Shown here in pieces: positions 29,484 through 42,124 of a stretch of 64,000 nt of DNA. Below the pieces are notes generated by a model. The model was not told the DNA's origin, did no database searches, and saw only the letters and a list, made by a program, of their open reading frames with translations. The stretch covers positions 96,001 through 160,000 of the forward strand of contig CAVZQN010000008.1 of NCBI GenBank assembly GCA_963777505.1. The letters run 5' to 3'. The DNA is from an uncultured bacterium. GTDB lineage: Bacteria; Acidobacteriota; HRBIN11; JAKEFK01. Numbering within the stretch: position 1 is the first letter of the stretch; every line of letters starts with the position of its first letter. The translations under genes and the position numbers were made by a program.

Positions 29484-29957
29484 ATGCAATCGAAAATCGT
29501 CCACCCGGCATATTTGCCTGTTTTGTGTGAGGAGTTACGGCGGAATGAAAGCCGTATTGTGTTTACAAATGGAGTGTTTGATTTGCTTCACCCAGGGCAT
29601 ATTCAATATTTAGCTGAAGCATCAAAGCTTGGAACGCATCTCATCGTTGCGTTGAATACCGATGAGTCTGTGCAAAGGATAAAAGGTTCTTCGCGGCCGA
29701 TTGTGAAGCTTGAAGATCGATTAGAAATTATGGCTTCTCTGGAGTTTGTTCACTTTGTTACATGGTTTTCGGAGGATACTCCCGCAGAAATAATTCGGAT
29801 GGTTCGTCCGGACGTCTTAGTTAAAGGCGGCGATTGGCAGCTTGAAGCCATCGTTGGCCGAGACACAGTAGAAAGCTATGGCGGACGCGTTCTATCGATT
29901 CCGATGGTGCCTGGTTACAGCACGACATCAATATTACGAAAGATTGCAGATTTATGA
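29484..29957 (+). CDS. rfaE2: D-glycero-beta-D-manno-heptose 1-phosphate adenylyltransferase
   Basis: FTNGVFDLLHPGH, KGSSRP, PDVLVKGGDW, GYSTT. Confidence 0.93.
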   Translation: MQSKIVHPAYLPVLCEELRRNESRIVFTNGVFDLLHPGHIQYLAEASKLGTHLIVALNTDESVQRIKGSSRPIVKLEDRLEIMASLEFVHFVTWFSEDTPAEIIRMVRPDVLVKGGDWQLEAIVGRDTVESYGGRVLSIPMVPGYSTTSILRKIADL

Positions 29958-32900
29958 TTTTTGATCTCATTACAAAATGTTTTCCAAAGCAAGACCTTGA
30001 CGGCGTACTGTCAGCTTTAGCTGATGATCAAATCGTTACGGTATCAGGACTGAAAGCAAGTTCAAAAGCTTTCTACCTAACACTGTTGCGGCCGGAAATC
30101 CGCATGCCAATCGTGGTCTTTACACCGGATGTGGCTCGTGCTGAAGCCCTTCATCAAGATCTTTTGTTTTTGGATCGTTGTTATTTTCCTGAAAAAAGTT
30201 CGGCTGAATCGCGGATTCTATATTTTCCAACTGCAGATTCTGAACCTTATCAAGCTGTAAGCCCGCATCCTCAGATCAGTCTGCTTCGCATGCAAGCACT
30301 GTGGCATCTAGCGGAAGGCAACGCAGAATTTCTGATCGTTCCCATTCAAGCAGCGGTACGAATGATGCCCGCTCCTGAACATTTAAAACGTTGCATTTAT
30401 CACATTGATAAAAGCTACTCTGAAGGACCATTTGCGATCGCAGAATTGCTGCGTAAATATGGTTTTACAGAAAAAGATCTGGTTACATCTCGTGGAGAAT
30501 TTTCGATGCGAGGTTCAATCCTGGATCTATTCTCCCCGGCTGAAGAATCTGCGGTACGAATCGAGTTTTTTGGAAATCGTGTCGAGTCGATGCGCACTTT
30601 TGATACCGCTTCTCAGCGTTCGATAGGAGAAATCGAGAATTTTACACTTCTTTCTCTTCGCGAATTGATTTTAACTAAAGATGAAATTGAAACCTGGGGT
30701 GAATTCTGCAGAACCCGATGGATGGATTTTTACTATCACGAAGAACTGGCTGATAAAACGGAACAGCTTTTACAAACCGGAAAATTTGAAGGTTATGAAG
30801 ATTTTGTAACAGCCTTTTTCCGGGATAAAGCTTCTCTGCTTGATTACTTACCTGGCGAGTATTGTTTAACTCTCGAAGAGCCTATTCAGATTGAACAAAA
30901 ACAAGCTGATTTTTTTGAGTTATATCGAAAGCGATATGAACAAGTCCATGAACAACGACATGTAGCTCTCGAACCTGAAGAAATGTTTTTCGAATGGGAG
31001 GAGCTTCAGAATCGTGCAAAAGCATCGCGCATGGAGTTCAGCGAATTGCTCACTGAACGACCGGCTGATCGAAAAATTTTTGAATATTCATTTCAAACCG
31101 CACGACAATATAACGGACAGGTCCAGGAAATCGTTCAGGATACACTTAGGCTTCGTGAATCCGGCATAACATCAATTTACATTTTCCCAACTCTTGGCAA
31201 AGCGGAACGCCTTACGGAAATTCTTCGCGAATATGATGTGCCCGTGGGCTTCTATCAAAATCCCCAGGAACATAAATCGGATGAAGCGTCTATCGGCGCT
31301 ACTCTGATTTGTATCGGACAGTTAACTCACGGCTTCAAGAATTATGAATCCCAGATTGCGCTATTCACTGAAGATGATTTATTTGGAGAATCGCGGCCTG
31401 CAATACAAACACGTGAACGAAAAGCTGCAGGAAAATTCCTGTCCGATCTGCGAGATCTGAAGATTGAAGATTACGTTGTGCATGTTGATCACGGTATCGG
31501 ACAATTCACCGGCCTGAGCACAATGCTTACAGAAAGCGGTGAAAAGGAATTTTTGCTTTTACGTTTTGCCGATGATGACAAGCTTTACGTACCCGTTGAA
31601 CGTCTCGATCTCGTTCAGAAATATATGGGTGCGTCGGATGCAAGTCCAAGATTGGACAAGCTTGGTACGATGGTTTGGCAAAAAGCAAAATCCCGCGCCA
31701 AAGCATCCATGAAGGATATGGCGGAAAAGCTTTTGCAATTGTACGCCTATCGCAAAACGGTCAAAGGTTATCAGTTCCCATCCGATGATGCATTTCAGCG
31801 CGAGTTTGAAGATGCATTCGAATTTATCGAGACCGCGCATCAGCTCAGTGCAATCGATGATGTGAAACTGGATATGGAATCGGATAAGCCGATGGACCGC
31901 CTCATCTGCGGCGATGTAGGTTATGGAAAAACCGAAGTTGGAATGCGTGCGGCTTTCAAAGCTGTAACAAATGGCAAACAGGTTGCTGTATTAGCGCCCA
32001 CAACAATTCTTGCATTTCAGCACTATCACACATTCCGGAAGCGATTTGAAATGTTTCCTGTACGGATTGAAATGGTAAGCCGATTTAGATCACGCGCAGA
32101 AATTAAGAAGATTCTTCAGGATACCTTCGAAAAGAAAGTTGATATTCTGATCGGAACTCACCGGCTTCTTTCAAAGGATGTTCAATTTAGTGATCTCGGT
32201 CTTCTCATCATTGATGAAGAGCAGCGTTTTGGTGTTACGCATAAAGAAAAGATCAAGGAAATGAAAAAGAATGTTGATGCGCTTACGTTGACAGCGACTC
32301 CCATTCCCAGAACACTTCAGATGGCTTTAATGGGATTTCGTCCAATGAGCGTGATTGAAACACCACCAAAAGATCGTCTGGCAATTCAGACAAACATCGC
32401 CAAATACAGTGAAGATACGATTGGCGCTGCAATCCGCGCGGAACTGAAACGCGGCGGCCAAACTTACCTTGTTCACAATCGAGTTGAAACGATTCACTCG
32501 GTCGCAGCTATGGTTCAACGTCTCGTTCCTGAGGCTCGTGTAGCTGTTGCTCACGGACAAATGGAAGAAGCGGGGCTTGAAAAAGTGATGATGCAGTTCA
32601 TTAATCATGATTACGATGTGCTTGTCTCAACAACAATCATTGAGAATGGAATTGATATTCCGCTTGTCAATACTCTGATTGTGAATCGTGCCGATAGATT
32701 CGGCCTTTCGCAGCTTTATCAGTTGCGGGGACGTGTTGGAAGGTCTCATCGCAGAGCGTATGCGTACTTCCTGATTCCTTCTGAAAAGGAATTGACTCCG
32801 ATAGCACGAAGACGTCTATCGGCATTGCGTGAATTTACTGAACTCGGATCTGGATTCCGTTTAGCTGCACTTGATCTTGAAATCCGTGGCGCTGGCAACC

Positions 32901-33523
32901 TGTTAGGAAGCGAACAACATGGCCACATTGCCGCTCTTGGTTTCGAACTTTATGTCAGAATGCTCGAACAAACCGTAAAAGAACTTCAAGGCGAAGAAGT
33001 CGTTTCTGACTTTGCAACTGAACTCAATTTGCACATCGATATCAGAATTCCGGAATCGTATATTCCGAATATGAATCAAAGGCTGAATCTTTATAAACGG
33101 ATCGCCAGTGTTCATTCGGAAGATAATCTCGAAATAATTCGTGATGAAATGACAGACCGGTTCGGCCCGGTACCTGCAGCAGTAGAAAATTTAATCGAAT
33201 ATGGCCGCATTAAAGCATCGGCTGAAAAACTTCGGATTAAATCAATTGATCGATCGGACGGAAATCTATTCTTGCAGTTCACTTCTGACGCTCCATTTCA
33301 TCCTGAAACGATTTTGAATTTCGTCCGCAAACACAAAGGATCTACATTTTCTCCTGCAGGCGTATTGAAATATCCAGGTGAACAATTATATAAACCTGAA
33401 TCAATATTCTCTTCTTTGCGAGAGCTGCTCAAAGAATTATCGGCCGGCCAAAATCAAGTTTTCGAGAGTCCTACTTATGATAAAATGCCAAAGTCCCCAA
33501 ACGGAGTTAAACAGCATGCGTAA
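29954..33523 (+). CDS. mfd: Transcription-repair coupling factor
   Basis: UvrB-like N-terminus, [51 protein letters not shown]-terminal domain. Confidence 0.98.
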   Translation: MIFDLITKCFPKQDLDGVLSALADDQIVTVSGLKASSKAFYLTLLRPEIRMPIVVFTPDVARAEALHQDLLFLDRCYFPEKSSAESRILYFPTADSEPYQAVSPHPQISLLRMQALWHLAEGNAEFLIVPIQAAVRMMPAPEHLKRCIYHIDKSYSEGPFAIAELLRKYGFTEKDLVTSRGEFSMRGSILDLFSPAEESAVRIEFFGNRVESMRTFDTASQRSIGEIENFTLLSLRELILTKDEIETWGEFCRTRWMDFYYHEELADKTEQLLQTGKFEGYEDFVTAFFRDKASLLDYLPGEYCLTLEEPIQIEQKQADFFELYRKRYEQVHEQRHVALEPEEMFFEWEELQNRAKASRMEFSELLTERPADRKIFEYSFQTARQYNGQVQEIVQDTLRLRESGITSIYIFPTLGKAERLTEILREYDVPVGFYQNPQEHKSDEASIGATLICIGQLTHGFKNYESQIALFTEDDLFGESRPAIQTRERKAAGKFLSDLRDLKIEDYVVHVDHGIGQFTGLSTMLTESGEKEFLLLRFADDDKLYVPVERLDLVQKYMGASDASPRLDKLGTMVWQKAKSRAKASMKDMAEKLLQLYAYRKTVKGYQFPSDDAFQREFEDAFEFIETAHQLSAIDDVKLDMESDKPMDRLICGDVGYGKTEVGMRAAFKAVTNGKQVAVLAPTTILAFQHYHTFRKRFEMFPVRIEMVSRFRSRAEIKKILQDTFEKKVDILIGTHRLLSKDVQFSDLGLLIIDEEQRFGVTHKEKIKEMKKNVDALTLTATPIPRTLQMALMGFRPMSVIETPPKDRLAIQTNIAKYSEDTIGAAIRAELKRGGQTYLVHNRVETIHSVAAMVQRLVPEARVAVAHGQMEEAGLEKVMMQFINHDYDVLVSTTIIENGIDIPLVNTLIVNRADRFGLSQLYQLRGRVGRSHRRAYAYFLIPSEKELTPIARRRLSALREFTELGSGFRLAALDLEIRGAGNLLGSEQHGHIAALGFELYVRMLEQTVKELQGEEVVSDFATELNLHIDIRIPESYIPNMNQRLNLYKRIASVHSEDNLEIIRDEMTDRFGPVPAAVENLIEYGRIKASAEKLRIKSIDRSDGNLFLQFTSDAPFHPETILNFVRKHKGSTFSPAGVLKYPGEQLYKPESIFSSLRELLKELSAGQNQVFESPTYDKMPKSPNGVKQHA

Positions 33524-34451
33524 CGTGTTTCTAGTAATCATATTGAGCCTTACTTCATTCATAAATGCCGCGACTGTCGTCGAGGAAATTGTTGCCCGTA
33601 TCGGTAATGAAATTATCACACGATCCGATTTGAACCGTGAAGAACAACGTCTTTATACAGAATTGAGCGGCAGATATCAGGGCCAAGAACTGGAGGATCA
33701 ATACGCACAGCAGAAGAAATTGCTTCTTGATTTCATGGTGAACCAGAAGTTATTAGAACAGCGAGCGTCGGAACTCAATCTTGATGTCAGTGAAGAAGTC
33801 TCTGCTGCAATTAAGCGGCTTCGCGATGAAAGTAATATTCCGAATGATGAAGCCTTAGAAGCTGCTTTAAAGCAGGAAGGTTCCTCAATGAAAGAACTTC
33901 GAGAAGATTTCCGCCGGCGAATTATCCAGCAACGCATTCTTTGGAACTATGTTCAGGGCAGAGTGAATATTACGGAAGATGAAATTAAGACTTATTACGA
34001 TCAACATAAAGATGAATTGATGACACCTCCAAAAACTAAAATCAGCCGCTATACAATCAGTGACGAGAATGTAGCAAAAGAAGAGCTAAAGACCGAAGCC
34101 GACTCTATAATTGGAGAACTGCGTGCTGGTAAAGAGCCCGATGCAGCTGCTTTTGCACATTTGAAGGTTGATACAGGTATTGAGTTTACAAAATCCGATA
34201 TCGATCCTAAGATTGCTGCAATCCTGGACGGGATAGAAGTCGGCTCGTATTCAGATCCCGTCGAAACATCAACCGGTTATAGCATTTTTAAAATTGAAGA
34301 ACGCACGGAACCTGAATTGATACCTCTTGAACAAGCACGTGGTAAGATTTACAACCAGTTGCTTCAACAACGTGCAGAAAAATATCAAAAGAGTTTTATG
34401 GAAGATCTGAAAAAACAAAGTTACGTAGTAATAAATCAGCCCCCTTCCTGA
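33516..34451 (+). CDS. SurA-like chaperone / peptidyl-prolyl isomerase
   Basis: Signal peptide, VVEEIVARIGNEIITRSD, degenerate parvulin (GSYSDPVETSTGYSIF). Follows mfd. Confidence 0.85.
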   Translation: MRNVFLVIILSLTSFINAATVVEEIVARIGNEIITRSDLNREEQRLYTELSGRYQGQELEDQYAQQKKLLLDFMVNQKLLEQRASELNLDVSEEVSAAIKRLRDESNIPNDEALEAALKQEGSSMKELREDFRRRIIQQRILWNYVQGRVNITEDEIKTYYDQHKDELMTPPKTKISRYTISDENVAKEELKTEADSIIGELRAGKEPDAAAFAHLKVDTGIEFTKSDIDPKIAAILDGIEVGSYSDPVETSTGYSIFKIEERTEPELIPLEQARGKIYNQLLQQRAEKYQKSFMEDLKKQSYVVINQPPS

Positions 34452-34452
34452 T

Positions 34453-35421
34453 ATGCCAGTCTCCCAGACAATAGAATCATTACATTTGATCGGCGCATCC
34501 GATGTGATGCAACAGCTTTATAAAGTCATCGGAAGAATTTGTAATGCCGACTGTGCAGTCCTTCTGATCGGCGAAAAAGGCTGTGGCAAAAGCATGGTTG
34601 CTCGCGCATTACACTATTACAGTCATCGCACTCAGTACCCATTTCAAATGGTTGATGGAACACAGGCACGGGAAGCAAATGATGAAGATCTACTCGGTCT
34701 TGATGAAAGTCATGCGTTCGGATCAACATGTTACATAACTGGCTTTTCTTCCATGCCGGGATTTGTTCAACATCAGTTCGTTTCCATTCACAGAAAAAAA
34801 GAATATAAGTGTGCGCACACCGGTCAAATGCGAAAGCATAACTTGCGTTTTATTGTAGGAAGCGATGGAACCATGAAAGAAGAGATCGAAAGCGGGAAAA
34901 TGCCTGCCGATCTTTTTTATGATTGGAACTTCCTCACTATTCAGGTTCCACCTCTCAGAGACCGCAAAGAGGATCTTCCACTGCTTGCAAATCATTTTCT
35001 TGAACTTCATTCGAAAGAAATGCGAATTTCGCCGAAAGAACTTTCACCTGAAGCCGTTGAGATTTTAAAATCACATGATTGGCCTGGTAATCTTGATGAA
35101 CTCAAAATTGTGCTTCGTACAGCTCTTTCAAATTGCCGAGGGAATTACGTTCGAGCTGAGCATCTTCCCGAATTCCACAGGCTTCCTGCCTCAGATGCCT
35201 GGCCAAAGCTCGAAATGTTTTTGAATTCAAAGCTTTCCAACTACATTGAGAACTCTCCTCTTTCTTTACACGGAAATCTATATCAGCTGCTTCTACCGCA
35301 GATTGAAAAATCAGTCTTCCGCTATGCGTTAAAGAAAACGAAAGGAAATAAGAACCGCGCAGCAACCTTCCTTGGATTGCATCGGAATACACTCAACAAG
35401 AAAATTCAAAATCTTGGCTAA
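34453..35421 (+). CDS. Degenerate sigma54-interaction (bEBP-like) regulator with Fis HTH
   Basis: GEKGCGKS, PPLRDRKEDL, WPGNL, C-terminal GNKNRAATFLGLHRNTL. No REC domain, no GAFTGA, no DE Walker B. Confidence 0.8.
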   Translation: MPVSQTIESLHLIGASDVMQQLYKVIGRICNADCAVLLIGEKGCGKSMVARALHYYSHRTQYPFQMVDGTQAREANDEDLLGLDESHAFGSTCYITGFSSMPGFVQHQFVSIHRKKEYKCAHTGQMRKHNLRFIVGSDGTMKEEIESGKMPADLFYDWNFLTIQVPPLRDRKEDLPLLANHFLELHSKEMRISPKELSPEAVEILKSHDWPGNLDELKIVLRTALSNCRGNYVRAEHLPEFHRLPASDAWPKLEMFLNSKLSNYIENSPLSLHGNLYQLLLPQIEKSVFRYALKKTKGNKNRAATFLGLHRNTLNKKIQNLG

Positions 35422-35436
35422 GGATCTATTACGCTC

Positions 35437-37533
35437 ATGTCAAATACTTTTTCCACAACTCTATCTCTACTCTTTTCACTATGTGTGCTATTGATGACGC
35501 CTTCAGTAAGCCGAACACAGCAACAGGATGACTCGCAATTTCAAGAATCATTAAAAGCTGTCGTGTCGAAACTCGGAAATGAGCTCAGCGAAGGAAAAAA
35601 TCAGGATCAAAAGAAACGCATCGAACGAGGGCTGTCACAAGCATCACAATTCTGGCGATCTGAAGATGGCGACGCAAAAACATTTGAAGCTTTTGCCCGG
35701 AAAAATATGATCGTGGATCAGGCAGTGCTTGACGAAACATTTAAACGCCTGGAGTTTATTTTCGAGCAGGTGGGCGGACATATGAATGAGATCAGGCGTA
35801 ATTTGCGTCAGCAAACGGATTTGGATCTAGGCCCTGTATTGCCGATCGATGAAATTCTTGGCGCTTATGATCCCTCAGCGAACTTAAATGATGACTTGTT
35901 CAAAAATAAACTTGCGTTTCTTGTACTTCTCAATTTTCCCTCAACATCTTTGGAGGAGCGCCTGAACGCTAAAGATTGGACTCGCCGTCAATGGGCTGAA
36001 GTGAGACTGGCGCAAGCTTTTTCGCGAAGAGTGCCAGGTGATGCAAACCTGCAGCTAACAAAAGCTCTTAGCGACGCAGATCAATATATTTCAGAGTACA
36101 ACATCTGGATGCATCATCTTCTGGACGAAGGCGGTCAACGATTATTCCCTTCCGGAATGCGGTTAATTACTCACTGGAATTTGCGCGATGAGCTCAAGGC
36201 TGATTACACCGATCCAAAAGGCTTTCCAAAACAAAAAATGATCGCCAAAGTGATGGAACGAATTATCACGCAGACGATCCCGGCTGTTGTCATTAACAAT
36301 CCTCATGTTGACTGGAATCCATTCACGAATGAAGTCAAAGCCTCAAGTGTAAATGATTCAGGAAAGGCTGACGCGCCGAAAGATTTGACGATTACAACCG
36401 AAGCAGAACCTGATACACGTTACAAGCATTTGTTAAACATTTTTCAAGCGAATCGGAGCATCGATCGTTACTCACCCACTCAACCTACTTTGATCGACCG
36501 AAGATTTAACGAAAACCGGGAGATTCCTGAAGAGCGCGTGAGAGAGATGTTTCAACAGATCTTAACATCGCCCCTGATTCCAAAGACGGCGGAAGTGATC
36601 AAAAAACGATTAGGACGTGAGCTGCAACCTTTTGATATCTGGTATAGCGGATTCAAAGCGAGAGGCAAATATACAGAACAAGAACTCGATGCCATTGTTT
36701 CAAAAAAATATCCGACGGCTGAAGCCTATGCTGCCGATATTCCAAATCTCTTACAAAAGCTTGGCTTTCAACCCGAGATCTCAAAATATCTCGCCGATCG
36801 GATTGTGGTCGATCCATCGCGAGGAGCAGGACACGCGATGGGAGCCGCCCGCCGTGAAGATAAAGCTCATCTGCGAACGCGTGTTGAAAAAACCGGAATG
36901 AACTACAAAGGTTACAACATTGCCATTCATGAAATGGGACATAACGTTGAACAAATTATTTCTCTGAACAAAATTGACCACACATTACTTCAGGGTGTTC
37001 CAAACATTGCATTTACTGAAGCACTGGCATTTGTATTTCAGGCACGCGATCTGGAACTTCTTGGACTTTCAAAACCAGATGAAGAATCAAAAGCGCAGCA
37101 AACACTTGCAGCATTCTGGACTGCGTATGAAATGGCGGGAGTTTCTCTTGTCGATATGAACGTTTGGAAATGGATGTACGATCATCCTGAAGCCACACCA
37201 GCTCAACTTAAAGAAGCAACTCTTCAAATTTCCAAAGATATCTGGAATAAATACTATGCTCCTTTGTTTGGACAAAAAGATGTAGTTCTACTTGGAATCT
37301 ACTCACATATGATTGATGCCATGCTTTATCTTCCTGATTATCCGATCGGGCAAATGATAGCTGTGCAAGTGGAAGAAAAAATTACTCAATCCGGCAATCT
37401 TGGAGCAGAGTTTGAGCGTATTTGCCTCACGGGAGCTGTCGTTCCTGATTTGTGGATGAAAGTTGCGACCGGTACACCTGTTGGACCCGAAGCTTTACTG
37501 CGTCAGGCTGAGAAAGCGTTGAGCAGTCTTTAA
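35437..37533 (+). CDS. Secreted zincin metallopeptidase-like protein (M3-like)
   Basis: Signal peptide, HEMGH with downstream FTEA, YSH..LYL.DY. Confidence 0.65.
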   Translation: MSNTFSTTLSLLFSLCVLLMTPSVSRTQQQDDSQFQESLKAVVSKLGNELSEGKNQDQKKRIERGLSQASQFWRSEDGDAKTFEAFARKNMIVDQAVLDETFKRLEFIFEQVGGHMNEIRRNLRQQTDLDLGPVLPIDEILGAYDPSANLNDDLFKNKLAFLVLLNFPSTSLEERLNAKDWTRRQWAEVRLAQAFSRRVPGDANLQLTKALSDADQYISEYNIWMHHLLDEGGQRLFPSGMRLITHWNLRDELKADYTDPKGFPKQKMIAKVMERIITQTIPAVVINNPHVDWNPFTNEVKASSVNDSGKADAPKDLTITTEAEPDTRYKHLLNIFQANRSIDRYSPTQPTLIDRRFNENREIPEERVREMFQQILTSPLIPKTAEVIKKRLGRELQPFDIWYSGFKARGKYTEQELDAIVSKKYPTAEAYAADIPNLLQKLGFQPEISKYLADRIVVDPSRGAGHAMGAARREDKAHLRTRVEKTGMNYKGYNIAIHEMGHNVEQIISLNKIDHTLLQGVPNIAFTEALAFVFQARDLELLGLSKPDEESKAQQTLAAFWTAYEMAGVSLVDMNVWKWMYDHPEATPAQLKEATLQISKDIWNKYYAPLFGQKDVVLLGIYSHMIDAMLYLPDYPIGQMIAVQVEEKITQSGNLGAEFERICLTGAVVPDLWMKVATGTPVGPEALLRQAEKALSSL

Positions 37534-37549
37534 CCGCAAAGACGCAAAG

Positions 37550-39957
37550 CTACAATTCTCTTAACACTTTTGCTGGATCTAGTTTTGTAACTCTACGTGC
37601 CGGAATGTAAGCTGCTATTAAGGCTGCTGCAATCATCAGCAAAGTAACGCTAATCAAAGTCAATAGATCTGTAGGGCTGATTCCAAACAAAAGACCAGAT
37701 AGAAACCGTGTCAACAAAAGGACTCCGGTCTGCCCAAACAAAATCCCAACCATCGTCAATACAACAATAGGATAGAGAACCGCTTTCAAAACGTCTGATG
37801 ATGTTGCTCCCAAAGCGATACGGATTCCCATTTCTGATTTGCGTTGTGTGACTGCGAAATAAACAGTCGCATAAATTCCTGTTATTGCTAAAATCAATGC
37901 AACCACTGAAAGGATCGCCATTAAAAGCATCGCATAACGTTCTCTCAGGGTTGAATTTTTAACGAGCGATATCATCGGCTCAATACTTTGAACTGGCTGC
38001 TCCGGATCTATTTCTAAAACCGTGCGGCTCACTGCGGCCGTCATGACTTCAGGATTCGATCCAGTTCGCACAACAATATTCATAACGATGTAGGGGATTT
38101 GAGCAAAAGGAACAAACAATTCCGGCTCAGCATTTAACAAGGGTCCATAGGTACGAGTATTTCCCACTACCCCAACAATCTCGTACGTTTGCCAATCAGC
38201 CCAAAAGAAACGGATCTTTTTTCCTATTGGTGATGAACCCGGTGAAATCTGTTTTGCAAGATCTTCATTTACGATTACAACTCGCGGCGTATCAGCTATA
38301 TCAGAATTAGCGAAAGCTCTTCCCCTTAAAACTGGAATGTGCATTGCTCGAAAATAATCGGGAGTCGCTGAACGGAATTTTGCCTTAGACGCATTCGCCC
38401 GCTGCGGTTCGGGTTGCTCTGCGCGATGATACGGAACATCAAAATCAATCCCAAATGGATTCATTGGCAGGACGGTGACGGCTCCAGCTTCTGTAATACC
38501 GGGAATACTTTTGAGTCGAGCAACAAGCTCTCTAAAGTATTGAATCTGTTTCCCGTTCTCCGCGTAATGGTCATCCATCTTATTCTCGCAACCAAAAGAT
38601 TCTCTTTGGCAAAGCCCGAATCCACATCTTGAAGAAAGTAAAAGCTTCGTACAAATAAGCCGGCACCCATCAATAAGAAAAGCGCGATTGCAATTTCGAA
38701 TACTACGAAACGGTTTCGAAGCCTGTTCGTCTTTCGTGTCTCTACGATGCCACCGCTTTTTATTTTCCATGAGTCACTACGGGCTGGCTCAGAAGCACGA
38801 AGAGCCGGAACCACACCGAAAAGAACCCCTGTAAGAATCGATATTAAGAACGTAAACAGCATTGAGTTCAAACCAAGGTTTGTTTCTGAGAGACGTGGAA
38901 TAATTTCCGGATTTAGATTGAGTAAAAACAGAAAACTGAATCTTGCAAACAAAATTCCAATCAATCCGGCGCATAAACTGATTAAAAGACTCTCGATCAG
39001 GAATTGCGTTGCAACCCTTTTTCTGGAAGCTCCTAACGCCGCACGAATCGCTATCTCATGCTCGCGTCTTGTGAAGTAAGTGAGTACCAGGGTCGCTGCA
39101 TTAATACAAGCAATGAGCAAAACAATGCCTACAGCAGCGAATGCCACAAACAGAATTGGTTTGATGCCTCCAACAATTTGATCCATAAGAGAGATCATTA
39201 GGATTTGTGATCCGCGATTGCTGTCAGGAAATTCATTGCTTAATTGCTTTGCGATTTGATTCAAATCTTGCTGTGCTTGTTCGATGCTGATCGGTAACTT
39301 TAAGCGCGCAAAAACGCGCAGATAATTTTGACCTCGATCGATTGAGTCCAACCTCGCTCGATCTAAAATGAGAGACCCCCAAACATCTGCCTTACCCGAA
39401 GGACTTTCGAACCATTCCGGCAAAACAGCTGCAATTTGGTATGTCTGGTTATCAAGAAGGACGTGCGTTCCAATTACTTTTTTGTTGCTTCCAAATTGCC
39501 TTTGCCAAAATCCATGACTGATCGCAATTTGATCGGCATCGGAAAGAATGCTTCTGCCATGCAGCGGCTTCACTCCAAGCAATTCAAAAAAATTTGGAGA
39601 AATACGCGACCATGTAATCTCTTTTGCCGGACCCTCACCGGTCAATGTGACGGAGCTTATGCGCGATGCCGCTGCCATTCCTGAGAAAGAACGAGTTCTA
39701 TCGCGCCAATCGATAAAGTTAGACGCAGAAGTTGTATCCGCTGTGATGCCTTTTTCACGATTTGTTTCCCACAAAGTAACGAGACGATCCGGATTAGAAA
39801 ATGGTAGAGGTTTTAGCAATACTGCATTCAACAGGCTGAAGATTGCCGTATTTGCGCCAATTCCAATCGCAAGCGTCAAAACAACAAAAGCAAAAAAAAG
39901 GAAATTCTTGCGAAACATGCGAAGGCTGTAACGAATGTCACTGAGGATTGAATTCAT
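37550..39957 (-). pseudogene. Duplicated MacB/FtsX-type ABC permease (ADOP-like), frameshift near 38577
   Basis: DIRYSLRMFRK, TLAIGIGANTAIFS, EIAIRAALGAS; second half EMGIRIALGA..PARR..DP. Two overlapping frames. Confidence 0.85.
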
Positions 39958-40642
39958 GATCCACCTTTGAATTGACGCTTTGGGCAATTTTCCAAAGCCA
40001 GATCCCAATTACAATTCTGACAAATGGTTGATACGTATATGAAATGAAATCAGGAACAAAGTTCATCCAGCTCTGACCTAAATACTCATTGAATAGTGTT
40101 ATGAATCCGAGCAGAGCCCAAAGAAATAACAAATTGCTGATCCATTTCTCAAGCCCGGATCCTTTGCGGGTAGCAATCGCATAGAAAATATTTCCGAGCA
40201 AGAAGCCAATCACTAGAAGAAAGAAGAGCCCATTGTTTACCTGCGTCCAGCTCATTAAGTTTTCTTTTATGAATTCCCGCACTTGTGGATCCGATTCATT
40301 TAGAAAACGGGATCGCCATCCATTGACAGTATTCATAACGAGCGAAACACGGGTGAGTTCAGCAAGAGCAAAAACGGCATAACCGCCTAAACCCAATCCG
40401 ACCCATCCTGCAGCAGTTTTGTATTTCGCGGCGGCGATTCCCCACATCGAAGCAAAGACAAACAAAATATGAATAAAAACCACCCAGAGCCGGAATTTAT
40501 AGATTGGATTGTTTGAAAGCTGGAGTTGCTCTTCAAAGGTGCTGGCTGGATGCAAAAGCGGAAGTAAGTGAACTCCAAAGGTAGTCAGAGCAGAAAGAAA
40601 CGCACACACTGCAACAAATCGAAAAAAATTCTTCGAAAACAT
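39938..40642 (-). CDS. Hypothetical multi-TM membrane protein
   Basis: About six hydrophobic helices; overlaps the permease start. Confidence 0.7.
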   Translation of the reverse strand: MFSKNFFRFVAVCAFLSALTTFGVHLLPLLHPASTFEEQLQLSNNPIYKFRLWVVFIHILFVFASMWGIAAAKYKTAAGWVGLGLGGYAVFALAELTRVSLVMNTVNGWRSRFLNESDPQVREFIKENLMSWTQVNNGLFFLLVIGFLLGNIFYAIATRKGSGLEKWISNLLFLWALLGFITLFNEYLGQSWMNFVPDFISYTYQPFVRIVIGIWLWKIAQSVNSKVDHEFNPQ

Positions 40643-40646
40643 AACA

Positions 40647-40692
40647 AACTACAATAGTAGTAGATTTAACTATTATTGTAGTTGAATGTCAA
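40647..40692 (-). promoter_or_regulatory. Sigma70 promoter with tandem BlaI/CopY-like operator boxes
   Basis: TTGACA-17-TTAAAT on the minus strand. ACTACAATAGTAGT and ACTATTATTGTAGT form a 13/14 inverted repeat (40647-40683). Confidence 0.65.
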
Positions 40693-40698
40693 TGCGGG

Positions 40699-42001
40699 CT
40701 ATTTTTCGACAGATTCGAACATGCGCAGACTTTCTGAACCGATTGAACGTACAACATTGAAATTGCAAATCAACCACTCTCCACCTTCATTGACCATCGT
40801 GAAGTTATGAGTTGCAACGCCATCGAACGAGCTGCCATCATTGAGTATTCCATAGAAACGGCCTGCCAAACTTGCTTTGGCATTATTTGGAGTCACTGCG
40901 CTAACTTCAGTCGATCCTATAATATCTACTGAAGAACGCTCCACTTGCGGCTGTTGGACTTCAATGATTCTAATTTCATGTTCTCTTCCTGCACAATTTC
41001 GTGAAAACCCGACAACAATCTCTTCTGCAGACAAAATTTCAATATCATCAAAAAGTCTTAAAAACTGCTTACAAACTCCATCAATTTCATTTTTTGCTTT
41101 TTCTACATCAAAAAATGTGACTTTTAATTTGCGTGACGCTCCAGCTTCTTCACCGGATGAATCAGTTACTTTTAGTTCCACTGTAAACTCGCCGCTATCA
41201 GCAAATCGGTGAGTCGTTCGCATTCCAGTCGCTTTTTTACCATCGCCAAAAGTCCATTCATATGTTCGGATTGCACCATCCGGATCTACACTGGATGAAG
41301 CATCAAATGTGAATAGTGTTGACGTGTAGCCGCCCCCTGGAGATATTGCGAAATCAGCAATCGGCTTACTGTTTTCGGCAACCTGAATCTCTTTTTCCAC
41401 GCTATGTGTAGACTTCTTATCATCAATTACGGTGAGTTTTACTGAAACTTCCCCAATATCAGAAAATCTTTTCTGGATTTTTTTACCTTTTACAATTGGA
41501 CCATCATTGAAAGTCCATTGAAATGCGGTAATTTTTCCATCTTCATCGGTTGAAGCAGCTTGCATCAAACTCAAACAACGTATTGATCGTTCCTGCGGCT
41601 GGAGTAATTGTGTAACGCGCGGTGGGTGGAATGTTGTCGCCTATTGAAAATCCTGATTCAAGACGTACAGATTGACTGCCAACAGTTACAGTAATGACTC
41701 TGTCCCCTGTATCAGCATTTCGCGCGACATTGACTGTCACTTTCACACGAGTCGAATCCACAAATTCCTGAGAAACAATTTCAAATCCGCCGCCAAAATC
41801 GACACTAAAATCAGATCGAAATCCGGTTCCGGTTAACTCGATTTCAGTATTAGCCGCGCCTCGATTCACAGTTGAAGGCGAGACGGATTGAAGCGTCAAA
41901 GGTTGTTGTGGAACCGGTGTTGGCGGATTCGTAACACTATCCGAGCAGGAAATCAGACCTGCAAGCGCACATAAAACGACAACAATTCTAAGATGTTTCA
42001 T
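40699..42001 (-). pseudogene. Lipoprotein with Ig-like, 2x PKD and NTF2-like C-terminal domains, frameshift near 41559
   Basis: Lipobox LISC. PKD motifs FDASSSVDPDG..YEWTFGDG. The first PKD is split between frames (FEFDAS / ASTDEDG). Confidence 0.8.
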
Positions 42002-42124
42002 GATCGATGGAATGTTCTATAGTTTGGAGATCGGGGATTATAGCATGCCCCAGCTTTTTATTTCAATCGGACAGAATATGCTCGAAAGAGCTGGAGTCAA
42101 ACAGTAACCGCAAAGACGCTAAGG

